From assembly GCA_000934665.2 (NCBI GenBank), contig JYFJ02004220.1, positions 1 to 33,847 on the forward strand: a stretch of 33,847 nt of DNA, in the 5' to 3' direction. This stretch comes from Catajapyx aquilonaris. Taxonomy: Eukaryota. Positions 11,233-24,017 of the stretch are shown in pieces (positions within the stretch are counted from its first letter, which is position 1; every line of letters begins with the position of its first letter). Made by a program: the position numbers and the translations under genes. The notes under the pieces were generated by a model that saw only the letters and a program-made list of their open reading frames with translations, had not been told where the DNA came from and searched no databases.

Positions 11233-11878
11233 GTATGTGCAACCTGGTTTTTAAAATGTTACAAAGGATAGTTTCAAAACTCTGAAAGTGCAGTTGCAGG
11301 AGAGAAAATTAAACTACAGAATGAGTAATCACACATTGAAAGAAAATTGACTACATTATCCTCGTTATTTTTTTTACGAGAGTAAGGCTATGCTTTCCAA
11401 AGAGGATTCCAAAGCAGGATCAGAAATATTGAATATGTATTCCATTTGAAACTGATGTTTTTATCTTCATGTTGTATGATCTCATAACTAACAAGGGGAG
11501 TGCATTGGGTCACCTCGTGCTTTCGATTCAAACCTGGTGGGTCAGATAGAGCAGGAGATGCTGTATCTAGCAATGTTCCTGAGCTGCCAAAGTTTTGCAG
11601 ACTAGGGAGTATTTAACAGGCCCAAAAATTAAAATTGCATTTTAAAAAATGTGATTTTCAAAAAGCATGCCAATTAAAGTCTGAAAATTTTTGATGCTCG
11701 AAATAGGAGGTATGAATTTTTCAAGTTTGAAACATATGACCACTCATGACACCATTAGTATCTTCACTTCAATAATGGAGACTGCCTGACTGTAGACTAT
11801 TGGTGGCCATTTCTGTCCAGTATACAGACTGTGACACCAATCATGCATATAATCAGCAACATAATTTTCCACTTCCAG

Positions 11879-11930
11879 GTTATCAACCAGCATTTATGAA
11901 CTCGAGCGCTTCAGACAACTGCTCCGGTGA
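11879..11930 (+). CDS. Ero1L: Ero1L terminal coding exon
   Basis: Acceptor ttttccacttccag. Encodes (R)LSTSIYELERFRQLLR-stop, a typical Ero1 C-terminus. Total CDS 1383 nt. Confidence 0.92.
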
Positions 11931-12280
11931 GTCCCATCCATGCCACCAAACAATGGGACCATTTGAATGGCTCAAGAACCGCATAATATCCAAACCAATG
12001 AACAAAAATGTGCAATACCAAGATTCCAATGAGAAGGAAATGGCCTGCATTTTCCCACCTCAATATCAAGAAAAATTCATCACAGTAGTTTACATAACTG
12101 CACTTACTTCATGGCATTGTTAAGACCACACTATAGAAATTTTTACAACTGTGTAGATATTGTAAATGTTTATATTTATACATTGGTGGTGGGTAGAAGA
12201 GAAATTTAATTTATGGTCGGGGTGGTTGATAATGAATTCTAAATCTGGTGTTTGAAGAAGAGAATCTCAACACTGTTGCA

Positions 12281-12286
12281 AATAAA
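12281..12286 (+). terminator. Candidate Ero1L polyadenylation signal
   Basis: First AATAAA seen after the stop, about 350 nt downstream. Confidence 0.5.
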
Positions 12287-12399
12287 TGAGTTATACACAT
12301 TGAGCCATTTTATTCCTTTGGATGGGTTTTCCCCAGGCAGGGGGAAATTATCAAATTCCAGTGTACGAATTGGAGCCTCTTTTTTATTATGTTTTTAAA

Positions 12400-12730
12400 T
12401 GTCATCCCCATGTTACAAATAGTAATTTCATTTTGCTGGGTGAACTCAAAATTAACAAGATGGTGAACATTGCATCTGGCCTCAGGGTGAGAGTTTACTA
12501 GTATTTTCATAATTGGGATTTGTCCAGTAACTTCTGTTGGGTGGAACTCAAACTCAAAAGGTACAAGTAGATGAAATGTAAGGGCTCAGGATGAAAGTTT
12601 ATTTAATATTCTTAAAAATTCCATCCCCATGATACAAATGATAAGTAATAATTGCATACTGCTGGGTAGAACTCAACAGTTACCAGATGACCACCATAAG
12701 ATATCTCGGATCATCAGGTTAAAGTTCAGG
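12400..12730. repeat. Degenerate tandem repeat, about 3 units of about 110 bp
   Basis: Recurring g(c/t)tgggt..gaactcaa near 12436, 12536 and 12661, each followed by tcagg..(a/g)agtt. catccccatg.tacaaat occurs near 12403 and 12622. Confidence 0.7.
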
Positions 12731-13452
12731 CTAGAAGAAACGTTCATCATTGAACTTTTTTTTGTCCTTTAAAAAAAAAAAAACTCTTGAATGTACTTTA
12801 CAGAATAGTTGTCGGAAATCGGCATACACTGCAAGGTCTGATGCAAGCCACGCTAAAATCTTGGCCTCCGTAACTTACTCCTTGACTGCAATAAGTGTTT
12901 CATAAAACTTCCCAACAGATTTTAACCACCATTGCCCTTCTCTTAACCCAATTTGTCACCTGCTTCAGATTTTGTTGCAGCAACTGTAGTAGGGGGGGTG
13001 TCAGGAACAAAATGACACAGGCATGAGACATGTTTCCTTCCTTTTGTTTAAAATCTATACTTGCATACACCCACTTACGCTTGGGATCAGTGTATTAATT
13101 TGCATCAGGGAAAAAAGCAATAAACCTTGGAGTGCACAAAAAATGGCATTGGACAGATAAAACAAAAAATGTGTGCAGTTTTCAACAATGGTCACCCTTT
13201 TCACAAACTAGATAAGTCAAAACTACCTACATTAATATTCGAAGGATGGAGTAGGGGCCCAAAATATTATTTTAAAAAATTCTGTTTTCTGGCTGTGAAG
13301 GCAAATATGTAAAACAAAAGTTTTAGGCCTAGTTCCATCAACCTTCTTAACAACCACGAAGTAGTTTGTTAGCCAATCCCTCTGTCACTGTTTCAGTCCC
13401 CGATGAGAAAATATGTATGACCAAAGCTTAGTGGTTCGAAAAAGGTCCTGCC

Positions 13453-13470
13453 AGAGAGAGAGAGAGAGAG
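13453..13470. repeat. (AG)n microsatellite
   Basis: 9 AG units. Confidence 0.9.
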
Positions 13471-13867
13471 TCTTACTTTCCATAATGACTGCCTACGACT
13501 ACTGATTTAAGACATGAATGATTTTTTTTCTGCTTGATTCGTGGAGATAACACATCTCAGTTATTATATAGTTGTCCATGTAATCCATCTTGGAAGAACA
13601 CAATCATATTTAACTGGGACTAAACAGCTGTTAGATCTTAAGACGGGTTTAAAAGGTTGGTGGAACCAGGCAATACTTACAACTGGGAAGGAAAAGCAAA
13701 AATATATAACAAAGAGAAAACTCTGGTTCCTCTTCAATCCTTGTCGTTTAAAATACCCACATAATTTGGGATGGAAGTGAAAATTGTAGAACAAAGAAAT
13801 TTTACAGCGATGCATTGAAAACTGAGGTGGGGGCAAATATGCATACCCAAGGAGTTAAAAAGTTATA

Positions 13868-14374
13868 CAGGTTGTTTCATAATTTGACTGACAAAATTCC
13901 AGGGTGAACTCCTGGGCACCAGTGGATTGCTCTATGATGTCTTCATCATCATCCTTCACGGCTTTTCCCCACAAGATGGGTTGCCAGCGGATAACCAGGT
14001 CCTTGCTACCCTCACATAACCATTATAAAAAAATTCTGGAGACTGGTAAGGTACTCGCAGAAATGTAGAGGTGTAATTTGGTGTCTGCAGCCTAGTTAGC
14101 TCAATAGCCACAGTTGGCTCCTTCCCAATCAAAAAGAAAATGTGCCATTTACCCTGTAGCATATAATATCCTGGTAGGTTTACATCCAACCACACACAGT
14201 GCGCATCCATGTTTGGTCAAATGCAAACCTTCCAGAATGCTACACTAGGTTATAAATAGCCCACTATGTTGGTAACTTGGATGCAGAGCCCAAACAACAC
14301 CTCTACATCAAGGGATCAACTGGTACCCATGATTTCACCATACAAGTTTGATGGTCAAATTATTAGACACCCTG
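13868..14374. mobile_element. Tc1/mariner-type MITE
   Basis: TA|CAGGTTGTTTCATAATTTGAC ... GTCAAATTATTAGACACCCTG|TA. Confidence 0.7.
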
Positions 14375-17269
14375 TACATGTATAATAATTATCTGGGGGG
14401 TGGGGCAATAACGTACAAAAGAACGTTTTAAAACAATACATACAAAAATTCTCACGAGTGGGGGCAAAAATAAAGATAGATCATGACATTTTAATGACAC
14501 TTGCATGATTGTAGAAGGAAGCAATTTTTAGGATGATCATAAGTTTTCCACATAGGTTTCATTTCAAAATGAAATATTCTCATACAGTCCTTTAAAGTAA
14601 AGAATGATACGATGTCACACCAGCCGTTTTTTCTGAGCATGTGCAGCAGTATGCTTGCAGAGCGATTCGGGGACATGATAAGAGGCAAGAGCAGGGTGGA
14701 GGCAGGCTGAGTGACATCATATCATTCTTTGGTTTAACGGACTGTAACTACAGCAAGTAGAAGCTTGGCAACAATTCATTTGAAAGCTTATATATTCAGC
14801 CTTTAATACTATATTGGTCGGTATCTGCTTTTAGAGCACTTTTTCCACTTCGTGGCCGTATCTTCCAACAGGTGCAATGTAATATCTTGAGACTTGCATC
14901 ATAGAGGTGCCTGTCATATTGGACTTGGATGATGAGATATACCTGCATATGTGAAGCTATGTGATTTACAAAAGCCTAACAACAACTTCTTGGCATGGCA
15001 GATGAAGTCTCACAAGTTCCCTAGTTAGGCTGGAGAACACAATTTTGAGAGGGGCACATCACATTGTGCAAATTACATATTGGACACTCCTTGACTGTTC
15101 TCAGTAATACTGTGTGTTAGTACTGTGATATGTATGCACTCAAGGCAGGGACAAATCTAAATACCGATTGAATGTCAACAATTGGTACTGACAAAGGATT
15201 TTAAATCCTGCTTCTCATGTACTGTACGTGAAAACTTCTCCTTGCAGAGAGAAATAGAACCGTGACACATGCCACTGGATGCACCCCATCAGTGAATATG
15301 GGACATTCTTACATGGGCACAAAATCCCATCCCTTTCATTCTCATTTTGAAGTTTTCTCTGGATAAAAGAGCATGGGCTATAAACAACGCCAAAGGCTGG
15401 TATAGGCATACTTCCATAAGGCCTTGTGTATTTGGATATAGGAAACCTCAGTTATAAGATACTGATTTCTGCAGCCCCTGATTTCCATATTTCATAGATT
15501 CACATACCATCACAAATGTTTCGAATCAAACAGAAAGTTCCAAGTTACCCTTGTGTGTAAGTCAAAAATGTACATCAATTAAATTATCAGAGGGGTGTCA
15601 TCACCTTGTGCCTAACCAAAACCAATAGAAAACCAATCTATGATTACTCACTGGTTTTAAAGTTTCAACTGGTGCAGATTGAGACTACTACCCTTCTCCC
15701 AGCTGTTGGTAATTATGGTAGACACTTATGAAAACAATCAAGTCATTATAACAGGTCAGTCAAAAATTCAATTGCACACTTATTAAAAGCTTGGGCCATT
15801 CATGTAGGCATGATTTCAAAAGAGTATCAGACATAATTGGTATGAGAGGCTGAGGTCTACCCTCCAAATGAAGTTGTTTCCAAGTTCATATCTACCATGG
15901 CTTGTAAAATATTGCGTTTCGAACATTGCATGGGGTGGTTAGAAACTTCCCAACCACCCTGTACAGCTTTTGTAGAAAATGGTGCGTATGTTTTTGTTAA
16001 GTTCTACACTTTAGTGACCCCTGCTTTTTATGTCTTTCCTTTGTGGAAAATGTTACGGAGATGGGGGGGGAGGAGGAGGGACATTTTTTTGTACTACAAA
16101 AATCCATTTTTAAACACATCCTACCAGACTTCTTCAGTTCCAAACTCAGAAAATCATAACACAAATGGGATGGATTGAAAATAAAAGCTACATTACAAGT
16201 AGTGAGGGAGGGGGTGAATCCCATCATAAACTGGGCAGAAATTCCTCTTCTGCAATTTCCAACAACAAAAGGATGGGATTATCTGTGGGGAGGATTTACG
16301 ATAAGCACACAAAATGATTTTTATGAAGATGCTCCTTCAACGCTCCTCCATTCTTTAAAAAATTTTCACGTGATTCTACAATGTGACCAGTGTGGAGTTG
16401 CTTTTCTTTTCATAATTTTTTTATCCTTAAGGCAAAATTTGTGGTTCCACCACTTTTAAGGTGAGAATGGCGATGGTTGGGGACTGGGGAGGGGGGAGGG
16501 TGTAGTTCATTAATTACAACACTGTGCCCATGCTTCAAGCACCCCTGCAATGTATTTCCAGCCCCTTCCGTGAGCACTCATCCACCAGAAGTTTCCAAAC
16601 CAAATCCCGTTAAGAATTAATTTTGTCCTTGTTCTTATCTGACTACTCACTAAACCTGGCATGGAAGCTTTTCAGCCAAGAATTATAGCCTCCTTAATAA
16701 CATATTTAGCTGCGGTTCTGAAGAACCTTGTCCCTAATATAACAAAAAGTTGGAAACCAACCTGTGCTGGGAATTAACCTAGATTGGAAACATGTGCAAT
16801 TCTTATGGTATAAATTGTATCACTATCAACAAATAAAAACTCCATCCTGCTGGTCATTGAAACCTGGGCCCAAACTGGTTAGATAACCAAGTAGTCAATA
16901 TGATTTATATTTAATGTGTCAAGGACACATGCTATGGTAGATGACATAATTAGCTGCAACTCTGGGTACATCTTGCTCTATATCAACAAAAGAAAAAATG
17001 CTCCAGAAAACTTAGTATGCTTGCAGATCTCGCATCATTTCAAAACTGTACATGAACTATTTAAAACATTTGCCTGTATGGCACACCACATACAGGGGCT
17101 GGAAAAACATTGCCCAACCAAGGGGAAGAAAACTGTGATGCAACTGGTCACATGGACGCAACAGTCCATATATCTTTAAAAATGCTTTGACCCACATCCC
17201 CCTCTCTTAAAGGACCCCACAAGAGAAAACAAGTTCGCACAAATTGCCCTCAAGTGGTGGCCCTCCCTA

Positions 17270-17677
17270 CTAAAAGCGTGCACGTATGTAAACGGCTGAC
17301 ACGTCATGCTCCCCATACCCCAGCCTCTTGGCGTGCTTGAAGACCTCATTGGCAGAAGCAGTCAGAGGCAGAGGCTGCTCCAACTGGTCCCCCATGGACA
17401 GGCTCAGCTTCAGGTCTTTCTGCATATGTTGCAGAGGGAGGTGGGTGGGGAAGCCTCCTTCAATGATGGCTCTCCCCTTCTCTACAATGGTGGGACATGC
17501 CAGAGAGGTGAGTTCCAAAATTTCCAAAACATCTTTTTGCTGAAGTCCAGCCCGGTCTGCCAGGGCCATCCCTTCTGCTAAGCCGGCCAACGTCACGCCA
17601 GCCATCAGCTGGAGGACCAGGTTCATTTTGGATGCATTTCCAACCTCCCCAAGATAGAAGGAGTTCTTTCCCATTGC
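17270..17677 (-). CDS. GLYR1: GLYR1/N-PAC/NDF terminal exon (helical dehydrogenase-fold domain)
   Basis: Acceptor tccttccag. Encodes AMGKNSFYLGEVGNASKMNL...QHMQKDLKLSLSMGD...DVSAVYIRARF, ending TAG TAG. Confidence 0.95.
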   Translation of the reverse strand, partial: AMGKNSFYLGEVGNASKMNLVLQLMAGVTLAGLAEGMALADRAGLQQKDVLEILELTSLACPTIVEKGRAIIEGGFPTHLPLQHMQKDLKLSLSMGDQLEQPLPLTASANEVFKHAKRLGYGEHDVSAVYIRARF

Positions 17678-19184
17678 CTGGAAGGAGAGCAGATATGATA
17701 CTGTCTAGTCAACTAACAAAATATCACGGCTAGCCCAAATTTACCACTACACCGCCATGCTGACCTATTAGATAGCCCATGCCTACAAAATTCTCTTGAC
17801 CTTCGCTGGTATAAGCACCATCGTCATCATGGTATGGTTCTCCTGGCCATATATAAACGAGCGCACGTGTGGATCAAATGGTTTTTAAATTGCAGTTTAT
17901 TTCTCGAACCTGCAATTTTTTCAGGCTGGATTTGGGCCCTTGTTCTACAGTATTGGATCATTCAATTACATATATCCTTCTTTTAGATGACATCTTTCAT
18001 GCACCATAGCAATCAAATCTTAATTTCCAAACCAAAAAATGGCATTCTGTACATCAGCAGACAATTCTAACCTTGCAGTGGAGTCCCCCCCTACTCCCTT
18101 CTCCCTTCTAATCCTGGAAGACTAAATTATGCTGCAGTAACACCTTTTTGGAAGATCAGCACTTCCACTCACAACTAAGCTTACTATTTTTACTCCCCTG
18201 AATTTTTGAAATGCTTTGCCTTTTCTAAATCTGCTTGGCCTATAGTGTTGTGCAAACATCACCTCGGCTGCTAATGCAGAGGCGCAACTAGGTTCTTCAT
18301 CCCCGGGGCAACCTAAGATTATGCACGCCCCCCCNCCCCTCCCCACCACCACACCCACCCGGGGACACAGAATTGGGGGTTAAAAGGTACATATTTTGTG
18401 GTGTTTTTTTTTGGTTTACGAATGGAAAAATATGAAATATTTGCATGGGAAGTTGCAGACAAATTATACCACTTCCACAGAAGATGCAAAAAATCATTGA
18501 CTTAATGGATGTTTTCTAAACAGTTTTATTCTGACTAAATACACCCATTGAATACTTCAGGTATCCAAAGATGAGCTTTTTCGCAACAAAAAATCTTTCT
18601 CAAAATTTGGCAAGCATTCTTTCCTACATTTTGTTACCTGAGCTTATAGTCATTTTGAAGGGATTTCAAGAGTATTCTTACAAATTTCTGTCATAACCAG
18701 GAGAGCTAGGGAGAAATTAAAAATAACAAAACAATCTAAAAATAAACACATCATTGCAACACACTGATCCAAACACACTACACTCTTCTTTTGTATTATT
18801 TTAGTTATGAATTGTGACACAGGGAATGTTGTGTAGATAGCCTATTATTACTGTCCGTGGGAAAATATTGGAAATTTTTGAACCTATCACATTCACAGAT
18901 ATAATTATGTCTTGTTTGACGCCAAATCACTTTATGCCTCTACCAAAGGTGACAAATGATGCTACTTGGGACATGTGTTAAGTGTTCTAACCAGTTTTTT
19001 AATGTATTTTTCAGGCATGTTTTCTCATATGACCATACTTTGACCAGGTGTATCTCTTCTTTGAATGCATATATTAATGATATTATTTGTGCTTACAACA
19101 TGCCCTTTAACAACGTTGTACATAATTGGTTTCATTTGTATAACCTTAATAATAACTCCATAATAAATTGCGTACTAAGTGAAT

Positions 19185-20381
19185 TTTCAGCAAAACAAGC
19201 CCTTTTGGCGATTTTTTTGAAGATGACTGTACCAGTAAATTACGGAATTGTGCATGCCGAATTTTGATATAATTTTATAATAGAACCCATGCTACTTTGT
19301 TATACAAAAAATAACGATTAAATATTTAAAATGGCTTCTTCGAGAAAATATTTATATGAAGTGTGCTATATTGTAGCACAATGACGAAATTTGTCATCTG
19401 AAAAAAATTTGTTATCTCACTTACAAAAGGTATGCACCAGGTTTTGACACTACTTCATTTTAAAACCTGTCTGTCCGTGTAAAATAAAAAAATAAAAAAT
19501 AAAAATAAAAAAAAGGCTTTTTTGAGAAAATAATTTTTGAAATATGCGTGTTTTCGCTTGTTGCCATATTTTCACCTCGCATATCTCAACTACACGCGGA
19601 GCTAGCAAAGGTTTTATTGCATAGCCTTTAGGGGGTCACCGAGTATATCACAAAATATAATCAGCATAACCGTCACGTTAACCATAACGCCGTAATAAAT
19701 TGCGAAATATGCGAATTTTGGCCAAAACATGCAATGTTGGAGATTTTTTTGCAGGTGACTGTACCATTAAATAAGGTAAATTTATGCATTGCATAACAGC
19801 ATGTTATTCCAAAAGCACGAGTTTAAAATTTCATGTTGGTTTTCAGAACGGTTCCCGAATTATACCCATTGAAAGCAATGGAAAAAGTGCACCTTCCCGT
19901 GAAGGTTATTTTGGTACCCCTAGAAAGAAATATTAATATCTCGATAACTAAATTTAATCTCGTAAAACTGATTGCTCCATAAGGGTTCAATTGGATGTGG
20001 GTTTCACATATATTTAAAAAAAAAAAATCGAAGACCATGACTGGGCACCCTCTGTCTGGATTGAAATGAAACCAGCCCGCTAATTCAAAATAAACATGCA
20101 CTTCCTGTTATACCTTCTTTTAAATGGGAACAGTTCATTTTTGTAGTGCAGAGTTTTCTTTCACGTATGCCGGAAACCGCATGGATCCAAAAACTACAAC
20201 CTATCTACATTTTGGTAGGCATGAAAATTATGAAACCAGATTGGATCCATGAAATGATTTTTTTTAAAAGGAATACACGAAGTTTCAGGTCATTATCATT
20301 TCAAGGTCACTGATTGCGATTAATTTTACATTTTTTTACTTTCTTTGGGGTCCTAAAAGACCCCACGTCCCGGTTCCACGG
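19185..20381. mobile_element. Longer relative of the 26869-27154 TTAA element (left boundary uncertain)
   Basis: End ggggtcctaaaagaccccacgtcccggttccacgg|TTAA. 20079-20116 is the reverse complement of 26972-27010. Internal direct repeats at about 19185-19262 and 19717-19792. Confidence 0.6.
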
Positions 20382-20754
20382 TTAACCCTATGCCCACTGG
20401 GGTCATTTTGGTGCTGTGAGTTTTAAAAACTTTTTCAATATTTCATGTCACTTTGGTTGTGACTTGATCACCGTAGCCTTGGGTATATAAATAAATTATA
20501 CCCAACCAACATTTCTTACCTTCTGCATATGTGTTTGTCAGTCACAATATTTACCAACTGAGAAAAGAATTCCATGATGTAAGCAAAGATTAATAGGGGT
20601 CTTCACACATCATATAGATTTTGTCATCAGATGATTTTTATTGTTATTGACGCCAATGGTAAATAACAAAAAACATTACCTAATTATGAAAGTTATATTA
20701 AATGTGAATGGTCCTAATGCCATGCAGAATTCACATGCCATGAAGGAAGCTTAC

Positions 20755-21216
20755 CTGGAAACAAGACTGGCAGTCGTCAAACAAAGACCGGTCTCCTGCA
20801 GCAAGGATGACCAGTGTGCCCTCTTCAGCTTGAGTCTTACTCCCCTGGATTTGAGCCTCCAGGTACCTCCCCCCTTTGGCCCCAATTGCTTCTGCTATGT
20901 CTTGGCTCGTTTCCGCATCGACACCAGTCATCTCCACATACCCTTTGGCCCCAGTCACCTCTTGCAGAACCCCACAATTCCCAAAAACCATGTCTTTGGC
21001 TGCTTGGGGATCTGCCACGCAGCTGAAGGTCACATCTGCTGCTAGAATAACATCTGAAGGGGTCATCCCCAGCTCTGCTCCAGCCTTGACAAAGTCACGG
21101 CACTTCTCTGGAGTACGGTTCCATACCACCACAGAATGGCCAGAGTTTAACAGATTTTTGACGATGCCGGAGCCCATCAAGCCGAGGCCTAGGAATCCAA
21201 ACTTCAGTCCAGAAGG
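20755..21216 (-). CDS. GLYR1: GLYR1 coding exon 3 (Rossmann NAD(P)-binding domain)
   Basis: Acceptor ttcaatttag. Encodes PSGLKFGFLGLGLMGSGIVKNLLNSGHSVVVWNRT. Donor CAG|gtaagc; 462 nt, phase 0-0. Confidence 0.95.
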
Positions 21217-22175
21217 CTAAATTGAACAAAAGAACAAGTTATGGCACACCTATGTCATGCAGCTGAACTGGCCTAGACCAGGCAAGTCAACATTAACCTA
21301 TTGTATGCATAAAATCCCCCCCCCCCCCTCAAAAACCNCAAAAACCTATGACTGACACAGTAACCTGAATTCCTCTGTTGCCAGAGAGAAAGCAGCTGAT
21401 GTATAAAAGGTATATCATGTGGATCAAGAACATGTAATTCCCAATGGCAGGGCCAAAACCAGTAGCATTCTTAAAGCTAAATAATAATAAAACCAAAGAA
21501 ACAGTGGGAAACAAGTCATTCCAAACTTCCAAAAAATTTATGAAGCTGAAATTGGAAATTTTCTACCACAGAATGATGTGCTTTCTGGGTGGCTTTTCCA
21601 CTTCAATACGGTACCACATCACAACAGTCACACTTTTTCAGAATGAATGGCCATTCTGAATTTTTTTGCCCCTTGAAATAAACCTAGAAATTCCTGCTGA
21701 CCTATTCAATCTGGCTTTGGCATGGACAGTTGCTCCCACTGTTGCAAAATATCCTGCCCTAAAATTAGTTAACATGACTGTTTTTATTATTCAATATAAT
21801 TGCCGTTAATTGCAGGTAAGTCTTCAAAGAGACCCACAGCTGTAATGATAGCTGCCTATGCATTGCCAATGACATTCACCTCCGGCCAAGGGTGATGACC
21901 TCTTCTACAATGAAACTTTTTTAAAGTATGTGCAAGCTGTAATACAGGTTGCTAAAATTCCAAATGAACACATTTTAAAAATAATATGTAATAAATAATT
22001 GGACGCACCGTGATAGGCCTAGTGGAGCCAAATGGCTTCAATTTACTTCTTGTTTGTGAGGAAAACCGGAATGTCCCATAATTTGAAATGCACAGCAGTC
22101 AGTGCTGATGACTAGCAGCAAAAAAAAGCAACTACCTGCAGACTTGGTGGGAAATCAAGGGAAAACACCCTACCC

Positions 22176-23222
22176 CAGGGCTATTCAACTGGCAGACCGC
22201 AGTGCAATTTTGTCCGGACCTCATTGATGTACAGGACATCATAGAGGACGAAAATGTTTTAATGAGGGGTGCTCTTCCATAACGAGGTAAGTGCCAAAAA
22301 TGAAATTTTACAGGGGAAGCTTTTTTCCATTTTGTGAGGAAACTTGTGTACCTTGAGGACTACAATTTTTATTTCAAAAACCATACAACAATACTAACCA
22401 AAATAACACTTCAAATTATGCTTGTATTAAAACGCATAGTAGTAAAAAATTTGCAAAAACAGAAAAAGTTCCAAAACGAGGTAAGTGCCACATTGGATTG
22501 CAATGAGAATCAGTATGTTAAATTAAGATGAGAAACTAAAGGAGGTTTGCAAGTTGAAAGAGAGTTGAAAAAAGCGTGAAAGAGCTTTGCTCTGTGTCTT
22601 GTAGCAAGTGAGTGGCATTTACATGATATCTGTAATTATTTAATTATTATATTAGTGGCTATAACCGTGGCATACAAAATTGCTGTTCATGCATTGTTGT
22701 GGAATCATGCGAGCTGCAGACCTCTTATTTATATTTTGTCCACATTTTATAAAAGTGTGGAGGATGATACTAATTATGTAACAGAGGAATAAAACGTGGA
22801 GCAATGTCCTCCATCTCTCTTGGCATTTGCCTCGTTCTGACCCGTTGTATGAGTGATGGCTGAAAACTTTCGGTATTGATACTTTTGGAACGGAGGCTCA
22901 TAGGACAGCCACATTTTTAGGGCAACTGCAGGGTGGCATTTGCTGCGAGAAAACACAAAAAAATGATTTTCCGCATAAATGGCACTTACCACGTTATGGA
23001 AGAGCACCCCTCATATGTTCTGTCTTGATAGGCCCTTCAACCCTTTCTGCACGAGTTTTCATTTCCAAGAAATGAATCCTACTTGAATGGCCTGGGCAGT
23101 CCTTGGTAGGAATGCGGTACCATATGGAATCCATTTCCTTACCCGCGCCAGGGGGTTCAGACCTTCCATGCCCCAGGAAAGGTAAATACTGGACCTTGTC
23201 ATAAACTAGTTGAATATCCCTG
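22176..23222. mobile_element. hAT (Charlie-like) non-autonomous element hosting a nested MITE
   Basis: TIR cagggctattcaact / agttgaatatccctg; 8-bp TSD ccctaccc / cgctaccc (7 of 8 match). Confidence 0.7.
22263..23013. mobile_element. mariner-like MITE
   Basis: 34-bp TIR tgaggggtgctcttccataacg.ggtaagtgcca and its complement, with TA on the right. An internal copy of aacgaggtaagtgcca lies near 22475. Confidence 0.8.
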
Positions 23223-23649
23223 CGCTACCCTTTCACCTGCTGAGGATTTCATAACCAAAGATCCCAATGATCTGGAATGTGCACCTACATGAATACCCAT
23301 ACCTCAAAAATGAAAATGTCATGTGCACTGGTGGATCAGAACTGTAGCTTGTATAATACCACACTCCAGAACAGCCCCTCCTACCCTAGCCTGATGGAAA
23401 CCCCCCCAAACTTGGTTGATCTCCACCACCCCTAGTTTGGCGCTGCAGGTGCTCCACGGTACCCAGACAGATTGGGTGGACGACTTCCTAACCAACCCAA
23501 ACCATCCTTTCCACTGCAGCTGGGTCCAGAGCACATTCACACAGTCCACTTCCAGCTGCCCGAACTGTTTGGGAACAGCAGAGTGCCAAACTAGAGGTGT
23601 AGAGATCAAGTTCCGCAAAATGGGAGGGAGTTACAAGACCTGAGCATTA

Positions 23650-23729
23650 AGCCCAGTCCACACGAGCGAGTTTTCTCGTCCATGAGGCTTCCAAAGGCTC
23701 CGAGAAAACTCATTCATGTGGACTGGGCT
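23650..23729. mobile_element. 80-bp PIF/Harbinger mini-MITE
   Basis: agcccagtccaca..gagttttctcg / cgagaaaactc..tgtggactgggct; TTA on both sides. Confidence 0.8.
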
Positions 23730-24017
23730 TTAGACCTTGCTCCACAACTCAACTCTGTTGGTCCAATCCAGCTGCATCCTAAGAAGAGTGTGGTGCATGG
23801 GGTTCTGCCTATCCCCAAACCCACCTATCTTACATCCTTCCCTCCCGTTGTAGGTGCGTGGGACCAATGCCACATTTATTGCCACATAATCATGGCATTG
23901 GTGTCACAAATCCATTCCCACACTCAAATATACCACTACATCCTAGCATGAAACTGTAATGCAACGTCACTGGAAACACTAGTCATGCAAGGAGAAACAA
24001 ATGAGCCACCTCCTCAC

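Noticed and set aside
17760..17850. Minus-strand ATGATGA as a snoRNA C box in the GLYR1 intron
   Set aside because: No CTGA D box at a suitable distance.
23319..23643. Extra GLYR1 exon or nested gene
   Set aside because: Exons 2 and 3 join in frame without it; no recognisable domain.
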